Positions 44,201 to 58,058 of a stretch of DNA of 64,000 bases are shown here, piece after piece (within the stretch, counting starts at the first letter, position 1; the number at the start of each line of letters is the position of its first letter). The position numbers and the translations under genes were made by a program. Below the pieces are notes generated by a model. The model was not told the origin of the DNA. It searched no databases and saw only the letters and a program-made list of their open reading frames with translations. This stretch comes from Eledone cirrhosa (lineage: Eukaryota): positions 312,604,001 to 312,668,000 of the forward strand of contig OZ024741.1 in the NCBI GenBank assembly GCA_964016885.1. The letters are read 5' to 3'.

Positions 44201-45760
44201 TAGACTCCCTGATGACGCAATGAATTCTCGACAGTTAGAATACGTAACTGTCTTTATCCCATTGCAGAAACTAATTAGTTGGAGTGAAAATTTAAGTAGG
44301 AAGTTAAAATTTAAAAAAAACAACTTTTTTTAAAGGATTTTCTTATTTTACGTCTTCTATATTATTGTTCTGCATCCTCCTGCATTGAACCACCTAGGTA
44401 CTATGACATAACCTGTGTATTTGCTGGCATTAGCGTACATCTGTGCGCTTATGTTAGTTGATATATTAAATTATCTATATTTATCTCCAAATCACTGATT
44501 TGTCGAGCAAACCTGCCAAAACCACTTCTAAATTTTTTTTGGGGGTGTTAGTAGGCGTCTGTCATCTTACCATCCCATTCCTACTGACTAGCCTCTGTGT
44601 CACGTGATTGATTCTTTAGAATCGGCCATTTGACTAGAGGCAGTGAGGATTTCAGTGCATGGAATTCAGTCCCCGCTAGCTGTTCCATCTACCGAATTAT
44701 TATTATTTTTATATGAGCCCCCAGTGTCCGCGCATTGCCTGGAGACTTAGCTGAGAATAGACTCCCTGATGACGCAATGAATTCTCGACAGTTAGATTAC
44801 GTAACTGTCTTTATCCCATTGCAGAAACTAATTAGCTGGAGTGAAAATTTAAGTAAGTAAGTTAAAATTAAAAAAAACAAAATTTTTTTAAAGGATTTTC
44901 TTAAATTACGTCTTCTATATTATTGTTCTGCATCCTCCTGCATTGAACCACCTAGGTACTATGACATAACCTGTGTATTTGCTGGCATTAGCGTACATCT
45001 GTGCGCTTATGTTAGTTGATATATTAAATTATCTATATTTATCTCCAAATCACTGATTTGTCGAGCAAACCTGCCAAAACCACTTCTAATTTTTTTGGGG
45101 GGGTGTTTCTAGGCGTCTGTCATCTTACCATCCCATTCCTACTGACTAGACTCTGTGTCACGTGATTGATTCTTTAGAATCGGCCATTTGACTAGAGGTA
45201 GCGAGGATTTCAGTGCATGGAATTTAGTCCCCGCTAGCTGTTCCATCTACCGAATTATTATTATTTTTATATGAGCCCCCAGTGTCCGCGCATTGCCTGG
45301 AGACTTAGCTGAGAATAGACTCCCTGATGACGCAATGAATTCTCGACAGTTAGATTACGTAAATGTCTTCATCCCATTGCAGAAACTAATTAGTTGGAGT
45401 GAAAATTTAAGTAAGTAAGTTAAAATTTTAAAAAAAAACTTTTTTAAAGGATTTTCTTATTTTACGTCTTCTATATTATTGTTCTGCATCCTCCTGCATT
45501 GAACCACCTAGGTACTATGACATAACCTGTGTATTTGCTGGCATTAGCGTACATCTGTGCGCTTATGTTAGTTGATATATTAAATTATCTATATTTATCT
45601 CCAAATCACTGATTTGTCGAGCAAACCTGCCAAAACCACTTCTAAATATTTTTGGGGGGTGTTAGTAGGCGTCTGTCATCTTACCATCCCATTCCTACTG
45701 ACTAGCCTATGTGTCACGTGATTGATTCTTTAGAATCGGCCATTTGACTAGAGGCAGTGA
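41250..45760 (+). repeat. Higher-order duplication of 4 monomers (2 x 2230 bp)
   Basis: TTTTAAATGA, GTAAGCTAAA, AAGTAGGAAG, GTTTCTAGG, GAGGTAGCGA and TAAATATTT recur at +2230. Confidence 0.88.
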
Positions 45761-48700
45761 GGATTTCAGTGCATGGAATTTAGTCCCCGCTAGCTGTTCC
45801 ATCTACCGAATTATTATTATTTTTATATGAGCCCCCAGTGTCCGCGCATTGCCTGGAGACTTAGCTGAGAATAGACTCCCTGATGACGCAATGAATTCTC
45901 GACAGTTAGATTACGTAACTGTCTTTATCCCATTGCAGAAACTAATTAGTTGGAGTGAAAGTTTAAGTAAGTAAGTTAAAATTTAAAAAAAAAAACTTTT
46001 TTTAAAGGATTTTCTTATTTTACGTCTTCTATATTATTGTTCTGCATCCTCCTGCATTGAACCACCTAGGTACTATGACATAACCTGTGTATTTGCTGGC
46101 ATTAGCGTACATCTGTGCGCTTATGTTAGTTGATATATTATATGATCTATATTTATCTCCAAATCACTGATTTGTCGAGCAAATCTGCCAAAACCACTTC
46201 TAAATTTTTCTGGGGGGTGTTAGTAGGCGTCTGTCATCTACCATCCCATTCCTACTGACTAGCCTCTGTGTCACGTGATTGATTCTTTAGAATCGGCCAT
46301 TTGACTAGAGGCAGTGAGGATTTCAGTGCATGGAATTCAGTCCCCGCTAGCTGTTCCATCTACCGAATAATTATTATTTTTATATGAGCCCCCAGTGTCC
46401 GCGCATTGCCTGGAGACTTAGCTGAGAATAGACTCCCTGATGACGCAATGAATTCTCGACAGTTAGATTACGTAACTGTCTTTATTCCATTGCAGAAACT
46501 AATTAGTTGGAGTGAAAATTTAAGTAAGAAGTTAAAATTAAAATAAAAAAACTTTTTTTAAAGGATTTTCTTATTTTACGTCTTCTATATTATTGTTCTG
46601 CATCCTCCTGCATTGAACCACCTAGGTACTATGACATAACCTGTGTATTTGCTGGCATTAGCGTACATCTGTGCGCTTATGTTAGTTGATATATTAAATT
46701 ATCTATATTTATCTCCAAATCACTGATTTGTCAAGCAAACCTGCCAAAACCACTTCTAAATTTTTTTTGGGGGTGTTAGTAGGCGTCTGTCATCTTACCA
46801 TCCCATTCCTACTGACTAGCCTATGTGTCACGTGATTGATTCTTTAGAATCGGCCATTTGACTAGAGGCAGTGAGGATTTCAGTGCATGGAATTTAGTCC
46901 CCGCTAGCTGTTCCATCTACCGAATTATTATTATTTTTATATGAGCCCCCAGTGTCCGCGCATTGCCTGGAGACATAGCTGAGAATAGACTCCCTGATGA
47001 CGCAATGAATTCTCGACAGTTAGATTACGTAACTGTCTTTATCCCATTGCAGAAACTAATTAGTTGGAGTGAAAATTTAGAGTAAGTAAGTTAAAATGTT
47101 TTTAAAAAAACTTTTTTTAAAGGATTTTTTTATTTTACGTATTCTATATTATTGTTGTGCATCCTCCTGCATTGACCCACCTAGGTACTATGACATAACC
47201 TGTGTATTTGCTGGCATTAGCGTACATCTGTGCGCTTATGTTAGTTGATATATTAAATTATCTATATTTATCTCCAAATCACTGATTTGTCGAGCAAACC
47301 TGCCAAAACCACTTCTAAATTTTTTTGGGGGGTGTTAGTAGGCGTCTGTCATCTTACCATCCCATTCCTACTGACTAGCCTCTGTGTCACGTGATTGATT
47401 CTTTAGAATCGGCCATTTGACTAGAGGCAGTGAGGATTTCAGTGCATGGAATTCAGTCCCCGCTAGCTGTTCCATCTACCGAATTATTATTATTTTTATA
47501 TGAGCCCCCAGTGTCCGCACATTGCCTGGATGACTTAGCTGAGAATAGACTCCCTGATGACGCAATGAATTCTCGACAGTTAGATTACGTAACTGTCTTT
47601 ATCCCATTGCAGAAACTAATTCGTTGGAGTGAAGATTTAAGTAAGTAAGTTAAAATTAAAAAAAACAAACTTTTTTTAAAGGATTTTCTTATTTTACGTC
47701 TTCTATATTATTGTTCTGCATCCTCCTGCATTGAACCACCTAGGTACTATGACATAACCTGTGTATTTGCTGGCATTAGCGTACATCTGTGCGCTTATGT
47801 TAGTTGATATATTAAATTATCTATATTTATCTCCAAATCACTGATTTGTCGAGCAAACCTGCCAAAACCACTTCTAAATTTTTTTGGGTGTGTTAGTAGG
47901 CGTCTGTCATCTTACCATCCCATTCCTACTGACTAGCCTCTGTGTCACGTGATTGATTCTTTAGAATCGGCCATTTGACTAGAGGCAGTGAGGATTTCAG
48001 TGCATGGAATTTAGTCCCCGCTAGCTGTTCCATCTACCGAATTATTATTATTTTTATATGAGCCCCCAGTGTCCGCGCATTGCCTGGAGACTTAGCTGAG
48101 AATAGACTCCCTGATGACGCAATGAATTCTCGACAGTTAGATTACGTAACTGTCTTTATCCCATTGCAGAAACTAATTAGTTGGAGTGAAAGTTTAAGTA
48201 AGTAAGTTAAAATTTAAAAAAAAAAACTTTTTTTAAAGGATTTTCTTATTTTACGTCTTCTATATTATTGTTCTACATCCTCCTGCATTGAACCACCTAG
48301 GTACTATGACATAACCTGTGTATTTGCTGGCATTAGCGTACATCTGTGCGCTTATGTTAGTTGATATATTAAATTATCTATATTTATCTCCAAATCACTG
48401 ATTTGTCGAGCAAACCTGCCAAAACCACTTCTAAATTTTTTTGGGGGGGTGTTAGTAGGCGTCTGTCATCTTACCATCCCATTCCTACTGACTAGCCTCT
48501 GTGTCACGTGATTGATTCTTTAGAATCGGCCATTTGACTAGAGGCAGTGAGGATTTCAGTGCATGGAATTTAGTCCCCGCTAGCTGTTCCATCTACCGAA
48601 TTATTATTATTTTTATATGAGCCCCCAGTGTCCGCGCATTGCCTGGAGACTTAGCTGAGAATAGACTCCCTGATGACGCAATGAATTCTCGACAGTTAGA

Positions 48701-51700
48701 TTACGTAACTGTCTTTATCCCATTGCAGAAACTAATTAGTTGGAGTGAAAATTTAAGTAAGTAAGTTAAAATTAAAAAAAAACAACTTTTTTTAAAGGAT
48801 TTTCTTATTTTACGTCTTCTATATTATTGTTCTGCATCCTCCTGCATTGAACCACGTAGGTACTATGACATAACCTGTGTATTTGCTGGCATTAGCGTAC
48901 ATCTGTGCGCTTATGTTAGTTGATATATTAAATTATCTATATTTATCTCCAAATCACTGAGTTGTCGAGCAAACCTGCCAAAACCACTTCTAAATTTTTT
49001 TGGGGGGTGTTAGTAGGCGTCTGTCATCTTACCATCTCATTCCTACTGACTAGCCTCTGTGTCACGTGATTGATTCTTTAGAATCGGCCATTTGACTAGG
49101 GGCAGTGAGGATTTCAGTGCATGGAATTTAGTCCCCGCTAGCCGTTCCATCTATCGAATTATTATTATTTTTATATGAGCCCCCAGTGTCCGCGCATTGC
49201 CTGGAGACTTAGCTGAGAATAGACTCCCTGATGACGCAATGAATTCTCGACAGTTAGATTACGTAACTGTCTTTATCCCATTGCAGAAACTAATTAGTTG
49301 GAGTGAAAATTTAGAGTAAGTAAGTTAAAATGTTTTTAAAAAAATTTTTTAAAGGATTTTTTTATTTTACGTCTTCTATATTATTGTTCTGCATCCTCCT
49401 GCATTGAACCACCTAGGTACTATGACATAACCTGTGTATTTGCTGGCATTAGCGTACATCTGTGCGCTTATGTTAGTTGATATATTAAATTATCTATATT
49501 TATCTCCAAATCACTGATTTGTCGAACAAACCTGTCAAAACCACTTCTCAATTTTTTGGGGGGTGTTAGTAGGCGTCTGTCATCTTACCATCCCATTCCT
49601 ACTGACTAGCCTCTGTGTCACGTGATTGATTCTTTAGAATCGGCCATTTGACTAGAGGCAGTGAGGATTTCAGTGCATGGAATTTAGTCCCCGCTAGCTG
49701 TTCCATCTACCGTATTATTATTATTTTTATATGAGCCCCCAGTGTCCGCGCATTGCCTGGAGACTTAGCTGAGAATAGACTCCCTGATGACGCAATGAAT
49801 TCTCGACAGTTAGATTACGTAACTGTCTTTATCCCATTGCAGAAACTAATTAGTTGGAGTGAAAGTTTAAGTAAGTAAGTTAAAATTTTAAAAAAAAAAC
49901 TTTTTTTAAAGGATTTTCTTATTTTACGTCTTCTATATTATTGTTCTGCATCCTCCTGCATTGAACCACCTAGGTACTATGACATAACCTGTGTATTTGC
50001 TGGCATTAGCGTACATCTGTGCGCTTATGTTAGTTGATATATTATATGATCTATATTTATCTCCAAATCACTGATTTGTCGAGCAAATCTGCCAAAACCA
50101 CTTCTAAATTTTTCTGGGGGGTGTTAGTAGGCGTCTGTCATCTTACCATCCCATTCCTACTGACTAGCCTCTGTGTCACGTGATTGATTCTTTAGAATCG
50201 GCCATTTGACTAGAGGCAGTGAGGATTTCAGTGCATGGAATTTAGTCCCCGCTAGCTGTTCCATCTACCGAATTATTATTATTTTTATATGAGCCCCCAG
50301 TGTCCGCGCATTGCCTGGAGACTTAGCTGAGAATAGACTCCCTGATGACGCAATGAATTCTCGACAGTTAGATTACGTAACTGTCTTTATTCCATTGCAG
50401 AAACTAATTAGTTGGAGTGAAAATTTAAGTAAGAAGTTAAAATAAAAAAAAAAAAACTTTTTTTAAAGGATTTTCTTATTTTACGTCTTCTATATTATTG
50501 TTCTACATCCTCCTGCATTGAACCACCTAGGTACTATGACATAACCTGTGTATTTGCTGGCATTAGCGTACATCTGTGCGCTTATGTTAGTTGATATATT
50601 ATATTATCTATATTTACTCCAAATCACTGATTTGTCGAGCAAACCTGCCAAAACCACTTCTAAATTTTTTTGGGGGTGTTAGTAGGCGTCTGTCATCTTA
50701 CCATCCCATTCCTACTGACTAGCCTCTGTGTCACGTGATTGATTCATTGCCTGGAGACTTAGCTGAGAATAGACTCCCTGATGACGCAATGAATTCTCGA
50801 CAGTTAGATTACGTAACTGTCTTTATCCCATTGCAGAAACTAATTAGTTGGAGTGAAAATTTAGAGTAAGTAAGTTAAAATGTTTTTAAAAAAACTTTTT
50901 TTAAAGGATTTTTTTATTTTACGTATTCTATATTATTGTTCTGCATCCTCCTGCATTGACCCACCTAGGTACTATGACATAACCTGTGTATTTGCTGGCA
51001 TTAGCGTACATCTGTGCGCTTATGTTAGTTGATATATTAAATTATCTATATTTATCTCCAAATCACTGATTTGTCGAGCAAACCTGCCAAAACCACTTCT
51101 AAATTTTTTTGGGGGGTGTTAGTAGGCGTCTGTCATCTTACCATCCCATTCCTACTGACTAGCCTCTGTGTCACGTGATTGATTCTTTAGAATCGGCCAT
51201 TTGACTAGAGGCAGTGAGGATTTCAGTGCATGGAATTCAGTCCCCGCTAGCTGTTCCATCTACCGAATTATTATTATTTTTATATGAGCCCCCAGTGTCC
51301 GCACATTGCCTGGATGACTTAGCTGAGAATAGACTCCCTGATGCCGCAATGAATTCTCGACAGTTAGATTACGTAACTGTCTTTATCCCATTGCAGAAAC
51401 TAATTCGTTGGAGTGAAGATTTAAGTAAGTAAGTTAAAATTAAAAAAAAAAAACTTTTTTTAAAGGATTTTCTTATTTTACGCCTTCTATATTATTGTTC
51501 TGCATCCTCCTGCATTGAACCACCTAGGTACTATGACATAACCTGTGTATTTGCTGGCATTAGCGTACATCTGTGCGCTTATGTTAGTTGATATATTAAA
51601 TTATCTATATTTATCTCCAAATCACTGATTTGTCGAGCAAACCTGCCAAAACCACTTCTAAATTTTTTTGGGTGTGTTAGTAGGCGTCTGTCATCTTACC

Positions 51701-54700
51701 ATCCCATTCCTACTGACTAGCCTCTGTGTCACGTGATTGATTCTTTAGAATCGGCCATTTGACTAGAGGCAGTGAGGATTTCAGTGCATGGAATTTAGTC
51801 CCCGCTAGCTGTTCCATCTACCGAATTATTATTATTTTTATATGAGCCCCCAGTGTCCGCGCATTGCCTGGAGACTTAGCTGAGAATAGACTCCCTGATG
51901 ACGCAATGAATTCTCGACAGTTAGATTACGTAACTGTCTTTATCCCATTGCAGAAACTAATTAGTTGGAGTGAAAGTTTAAGTAAGTAAGTTAAAATTAA
52001 AAAAAAACAACTTTTTTTAAAGGATTTTCTTATTTTACGTCTTCTATATTATTGTTCTACATCCTCCTGCATTGAACCACCTAGGTACTATGACATAACC
52101 TGTGTATTTGCTGGCATTAGCGTACATCTGTGCGCTTATGTTAGTTGATATATTATATTATCTATATTTACTCCAAATCACTGATTTGTCGAGCAAACCT
52201 GCCAAAACCACTTCTAAATTTTTTTGGGGGGTGTTAGTAGGCGTCTGTCATCTTACCATCCCATTCCTACTGACTAGCCTCTGTGTCACGTGATTGATTC
52301 TTTAGAATCGGCCATTTGACTAGAGGCAGTGAGGATTTCAGTGCATGGAATTCAGTCCCCGCTAGCTGTTCCATCTACCGAATTATTATTATTTTTATAT
52401 GAGCCCCCAGTGTCCGCGCATTGCCTGGAGACTTAGCTGAGAATAGACTCCCTGATGACGCAATGAATTCTCAAACAGTTAGATTACGTAACTGTCTTTA
52501 TCCCATTGCAGAAACTAATTAGTTCGAGTGAACATTTAAGTAAGTAAGTTAAAATTTAAAAAAAAAAACATTTTTTAAAGGATTTTCTTATTTTACGTCT
52601 TCTATATTATTGTTTTGCATCCTCCTGCATTGAACCACCTAGGTACTATGACATAACCTGTGTATTTGCTGGCATTAGCGTACATCTGTGCGCTTATGTT
52701 AGTTGATATATTAAATTATCTATATTTATCTCCAAATCACTGATTTGTCGAGCAAACCTGCCAAAACCACTTCTAAATTTTTTTGGGGGGTGTTAGTAGG
52801 CGTCTGTCATCTTACCATCCCATTCCTACTGACTAGCCTCTGTGTCACGTGATTGATTCTTTAGAATCGGCCATTTGACTAGAGGCAGTGAGGATTTCAG
52901 TGCATGGAATTTAGTCCCCGCTAGCTGTACCATCTACCGAATTATTATTATTTTTATATGAGCCCCCAGTGTCCGCGCATTGCCTGGAGACTTAGCTGAG
53001 AATAGACTCCCTGATGACTCAATGAATTCTAGACAGTTAGATTACGTAACTGTCTTTATCCCATTGCAGAAACTAATTAGTTGGAGTGAAAGTTTAAGTA
53101 AGTAAGTTAAAATTAAAAAAAAAAAACTTTTTCTAAAGGATTTTCCTATTTTACGTCTTCTATATTATTGTTCTGCATCCTCCTGCATTGAACCACCTAG
53201 GTACTATGACATAACCTGTGTATTTGCTGGCATTAGCGTACATCTGTGCGCTTATGTTAGTTGATATATTAAATTATCTATATTTATCTCCAAATCACTG
53301 ATTTGTCGAGAAAACCTGCCAAAACCACTTCTAAATTTTTTTGGGGGGTGTTAGTAGGCGTCTGTCATCTTACCATCCCATTCCTACTGACTAGCCTCTG
53401 TGTCACGTGATTGATTCTTTAGAATCGGCCATTTGACTAGAGGCAGTGAGGATTTCAGTGCATGGAATTTAGTCCCCGCTAGCTGTTCCATCTACCGAAT
53501 TATTATTATTTTTATATGAGCCCCCAGTGTCCGCGCATTGCCTGGAGACTTAGCTGAGAATAGACTCCCTGATGACGCAATGAATTCTCAAACAGTTAGA
53601 TTACGTAACTGTCTTTATCCCATTGCAGAAACTAATTAGTTCGAGTGAAAATTTAAGTAAGTAAGTTAAATTTAAAAAAAAAAACATTTTTTAAGGGATT
53701 TTCTTATTTTACGTCTTCTATATTATTGTTTTGCATCCTCCTGCATTGAACCACCTAGGTACTATGACATAACCTGTGTATTTGCTGGCATTAGCGTACA
53801 TCTGTGCGCTTATGTTAGTTGATATATTAAATTATCTATATCTATCTCCAAATCACTGATTTGTCGAGCAAACCTGCCAAAACCACTTCTAAATTTTTTT
53901 GGGAGGTGTTAGTAGGCGTCTGTCATCTTACCATCCCATTCCTACTGACTAGCCTCTGTGTCACGTGATTGATTCTTTAGAATCGGCCATTTGACTAGAG
54001 GCAGTGAGGATTTCAGTGCATGGAATTTAGTCCCCGCTAGCTGTACCATCTACCGAATTATTATTATTTTTATATGAGCCCCCAGTGTCCGCGCATTGCC
54101 TGGAGACTTAGCTGAGAATAGACTCCCTGATGACGCAATGAATTCTCGACAGTTAGATTACGTAACTGTCTTTATCCCATTGCAGAAACTAATTAGTTGG
54201 AGTGAAAGTTTAAGTAAGTAAGTTAAAATTAAAAAAAAATAAATTTTTCTAAAGGATTTTCCTATTTTACGTCTTCTATATTATTGTTCTGCATCCTCCT
54301 GCATTGAACCACCTAGGTACTATGACATAACCTGTGTATTTGCTGGCATTAGCGTACATCTGTGCGCTTATGTTAGTTGATATATTAAATTATCTATATT
54401 TATCTCCAAATCACTGATTTGTCGAGCAAACCTGCCAAAACCACTTCTAAATTTTTTTGGGGGGTGTTAGTAGGCGTCTGTCATCTTACCATCCCATTCC
54501 TACTGACTAGCCTCTGTGTCACGTGATTGATTCTTTAGAATCGGCCATTTGACTAGAGGCAGTGAGGATTTCAGTGCATGGAATTCAGTCCCCGCTAGCT
54601 GTTCCATCTACCGAATTATTATTATTTTTATATGAGCCCCCAGTGTCCGCGCATTGCCTGGAGACTTAGCTGAGAATAGACTCCCTGATGACGCAATGAA

Positions 54701-55039
54701 TTCTCGACAGTTAGATTACGTAACTGTCTTTATCCCATTGCAGAAACTAATTAGTTGGAGTGAAAATTTAGAGTAAGTAAGTTAAAATGTTTTTAAAAAA
54801 ACTTTTTTTAAAGGATTTTTTTATTTTACGTCTTCTATATTATTGTTCTGCATCCTCCTGCATTGAACCACCTAGGTACTATGACATAACCTGTGTATTT
54901 GCTGGCATTAGCGTACATTTGTGCGCTTATGTTAGTTGATATATTAAATTATCTATATTTATCTCCAAATCACTGATTTGTCGAGCAAACCTGCCAAAAC
55001 CACTTCTAAATTTTTTTGGGGGTTGTTAGTAGGCGTCTG

Positions 55040-58000
55040 TCATCTTACCATCCCATTCCTACTGACTAGCCTCTGTGTCACGTGATTGATTCTTTAGAAT
55101 CGGCCATTTGACTAGAGGCAGTGAGGATTTCAGTGCATGGAATTTAGTCCCCGCTAGCTGTTCCATCTACCGAATTATTATTATTTTTATATGATCCCCC
55201 AGTGTCCGCGCATTGCCTGGAGACTTAGCTGAGAATAGACTACCTGATGACGCAATGAATTCTCGACAGTTAGATTACGTAACTGTCTTTATCCCATTGC
55301 AGAAACTAATTAGTTGGAGTGAAAATTTAAGTAAGTAAGTTAAAATTTAAAAAAAAAAACTTTTTTTAAAGGATTTTCTTATTTTACGTCTTCTATATTA
55401 TTGTTCTGCATCCTCCTGCATTGAACCACCTAGGTACTATGACATAACCTGTGTATTTGCTGGCATTAGCGTACATCTGTGCGCATATGTTAGTTGATAT
55501 ACTAAATTATCTATATTTATCTCCAAATCCCTGATTTGTCGAGCAAACCTGGCAAAACCACTTCTAAATTTTTTTTGGGGGTGTTAGTAGGCGTCTGTCA
55601 TCTTACCATCCCATTCCTACTGACTAGCCTCTGTGTCACGTGATTGATTCTTTAGAATCGGCCATTTGACTAGAGGCAGTGAGGATTTCAGTGCATGGAA
55701 TTTAGTCCCCGCTAGCTGTTCCATCTACCGAATTATTATTATTTTTATATGAGCCCCCAGTGTCCGCGCATTGCCTGGAGACTTAGCTGAGAATAGACTC
55801 CCTGATGACTCAATGAATTCTCGACAGTTAGATTACGTAACTGTCTTTATCCCATTGCAGAAACTAATTAGTTGGAGTGAAAATTTAAGTAAGTTAAAAT
55901 TTAAAAAAAAAACATTTTTTAAAGGATTTTCTTATTTTACGCCTTCTATATTATTGTTTTGCATCCTCCTGCATTCAACCACCTAGGTACTATGACATAA
56001 CCTGTGTATTTGCAGGCATTAGCGTACATCTGTGCGCTTATGTTAGTTGATATATTAAATTATCTATATTTATCTCCAAATCATTGATTTGTCGAGCAAA
56101 CCTGCCAAAACCACTTCTAAATTTTTTTGGGGGTGTTAGTAGGCGTCTGTCATCTTACCATCCCATTCCTACTGACTAGCCTCTGTGTCACGTGATTGAT
56201 TCTTTAGAATCGGCCATTTGACTAGAGGCAGTGAGGATTTCAGTGCATGGAATTTAGTCCCCGCTAGCTGTACCATCTACCGAATTATTATTATTTTTAT
56301 ATGAGCCCCCAGTGTCCGCGCATTGCCTGGAGACTTAGCTGAGAATAGACTCCCTGATGACTCAATGAATTCCCTGATGACGCAATGAATTCTCGACAGT
56401 TAGATTACGTAACTGTCTTTATCCCATTGCAGAAACTAATTAGTTGGAGTGAAAATTTAAGTAAGTAAGTTAAAATTTAAAAAAAAAAACTTTTTTTAAA
56501 GGATTTTCTCATTTTACGTCTTCTATATTATTGTTCTGCATCCTCCTGCATTGAACCACCTAGGTACTATGACATAACCTGTGTATTTGCTGGCATTAGC
56601 GTACATCTGTGCGCTTATGTTAGTTGATATATTAAATTATCTATATTTATCTCCAAATCACTGATTTGTCGAGCAAACCTGCCAAAACCACTTCTAAATT
56701 TTTTTGGGGGGTGTTAGTAGGCGTCTGTCATCTTACCATCCCATTCCTACTGACTAGCCTCTGTGTCACGTGATTGATTCTTTAGAATCGGCCATTTGAC
56801 TAGAGGCAGTGAGGATTTCAGTGCATAGAATTTAGTCCCCGCTAGCTGTTCCATCTACCGAATTATTATTATTTTTATATGATCCCCCAGTGTCCGCGCA
56901 TTGCCTGGAGACTTAGCTGAGAATAGACTCCCTGATGACGCAATGAATTCTCGACAGTTAGATTACGTAACTGTCTTTATCCCATTGCAGAAACTAATTA
57001 GTTGGAGTGAAAATTTAAGTAAGTAAGTTAAAATTTAAAAAAAAAAACTTTTTTTAAAGGATTTTCTTATTTTACGTCTTCTATATTATTGTTCTGCATC
57101 CTCCTGCATTGAACCACCTAGGTACTATGACATAACCTGTGTATTTGCTGGCATTAGCGTACATCTGTGCGCATATGTTAGTTGATATACTAAATTATCT
57201 ATATTTATCTCCAAATCCCTGATTTGTCGAGCAAACCTGGCAAAACCACTTCTAAATTTTTTTTGGGGGTGTTAGTAGGCGTCTGTCATCTTACCATCCC
57301 ATTCCTACTGACTAGCCTCTGTGTCACGTGATTGATTCTTTAGAATCGGCCATTTGACTAGAGGCAGTGAGGATTTCAGTGCATGGAATTTAGTCCCCGC
57401 TAGCTGTTCCATCTACCGAATTATTATTATTTTTATATGAGCCCCCAGTGTCCGCGCATTGCCTGGAGACTTAGCTGAGAATAGACTCCCTGATGACTCA
57501 ATGAATTCTCGACAGTTAGATTACGTAACTGTCTTTATCCCATTGCAGAAACTAATTAGTTGGAGTGAAAATTTAAGTAAGTTAAAATTTAAAAAAAAAA
57601 CATTTTTTAAAGGATTTTCTTATTTTACGCCTTCTATATTATTGTTTTGCATCCTCCTGCATTCAACCACCTAGGTACTATGACATAACCTGTGCATTTG
57701 CAGGCATTAGCGTACATCTGTGCGCTTATGTTAGTTGATATATTAAATTATCTATATTTATCTCCAAATCATTGATTTGTCGAGCAAACCTGCCAAAACC
57801 ACTTCTAAATTTTTTTGGGGGTGTTAGTAGGCGTCTGTCATCTTACCATCCCATTCCTACTGACTAGCCTCTGTGTCACGTGATTGATTCTTTAGAATCG
57901 GCCATTTGACTAGAGGCAGTGAGGATTTCAGTGCATGGAATTTAGTCCCCGCTAGCTGTACCATCTACCGAATTATTATTATTTTTATATGAGCCCCCAG

Positions 58001-58058
58001 TGTCCGCGCATTGCCTGGAGACTTAGCTGAGAATAGACTCCCTGATGACTCAATGAAT
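55040..58058 (+). repeat. Higher-order duplication with period 1688 bp (3 monomers + 20-bp insertion)
   Basis: GCGCATATG, ATACTAAA, ATCCCTG, CATTCAACC and GCAGGCATT recur at +1688 (ORF-track 55771/57459). Confidence 0.8.

Noticed and set aside
189-57674. Recurrent 63-93 aa ORFs (MPGDLAENR..., MFFLNF...)
   Set aside because: They rely on non-ATG starts, open and close with homopolymer length, resemble no protein family I recognise, and overlap the RNA structure. They are by-products of the repeat.
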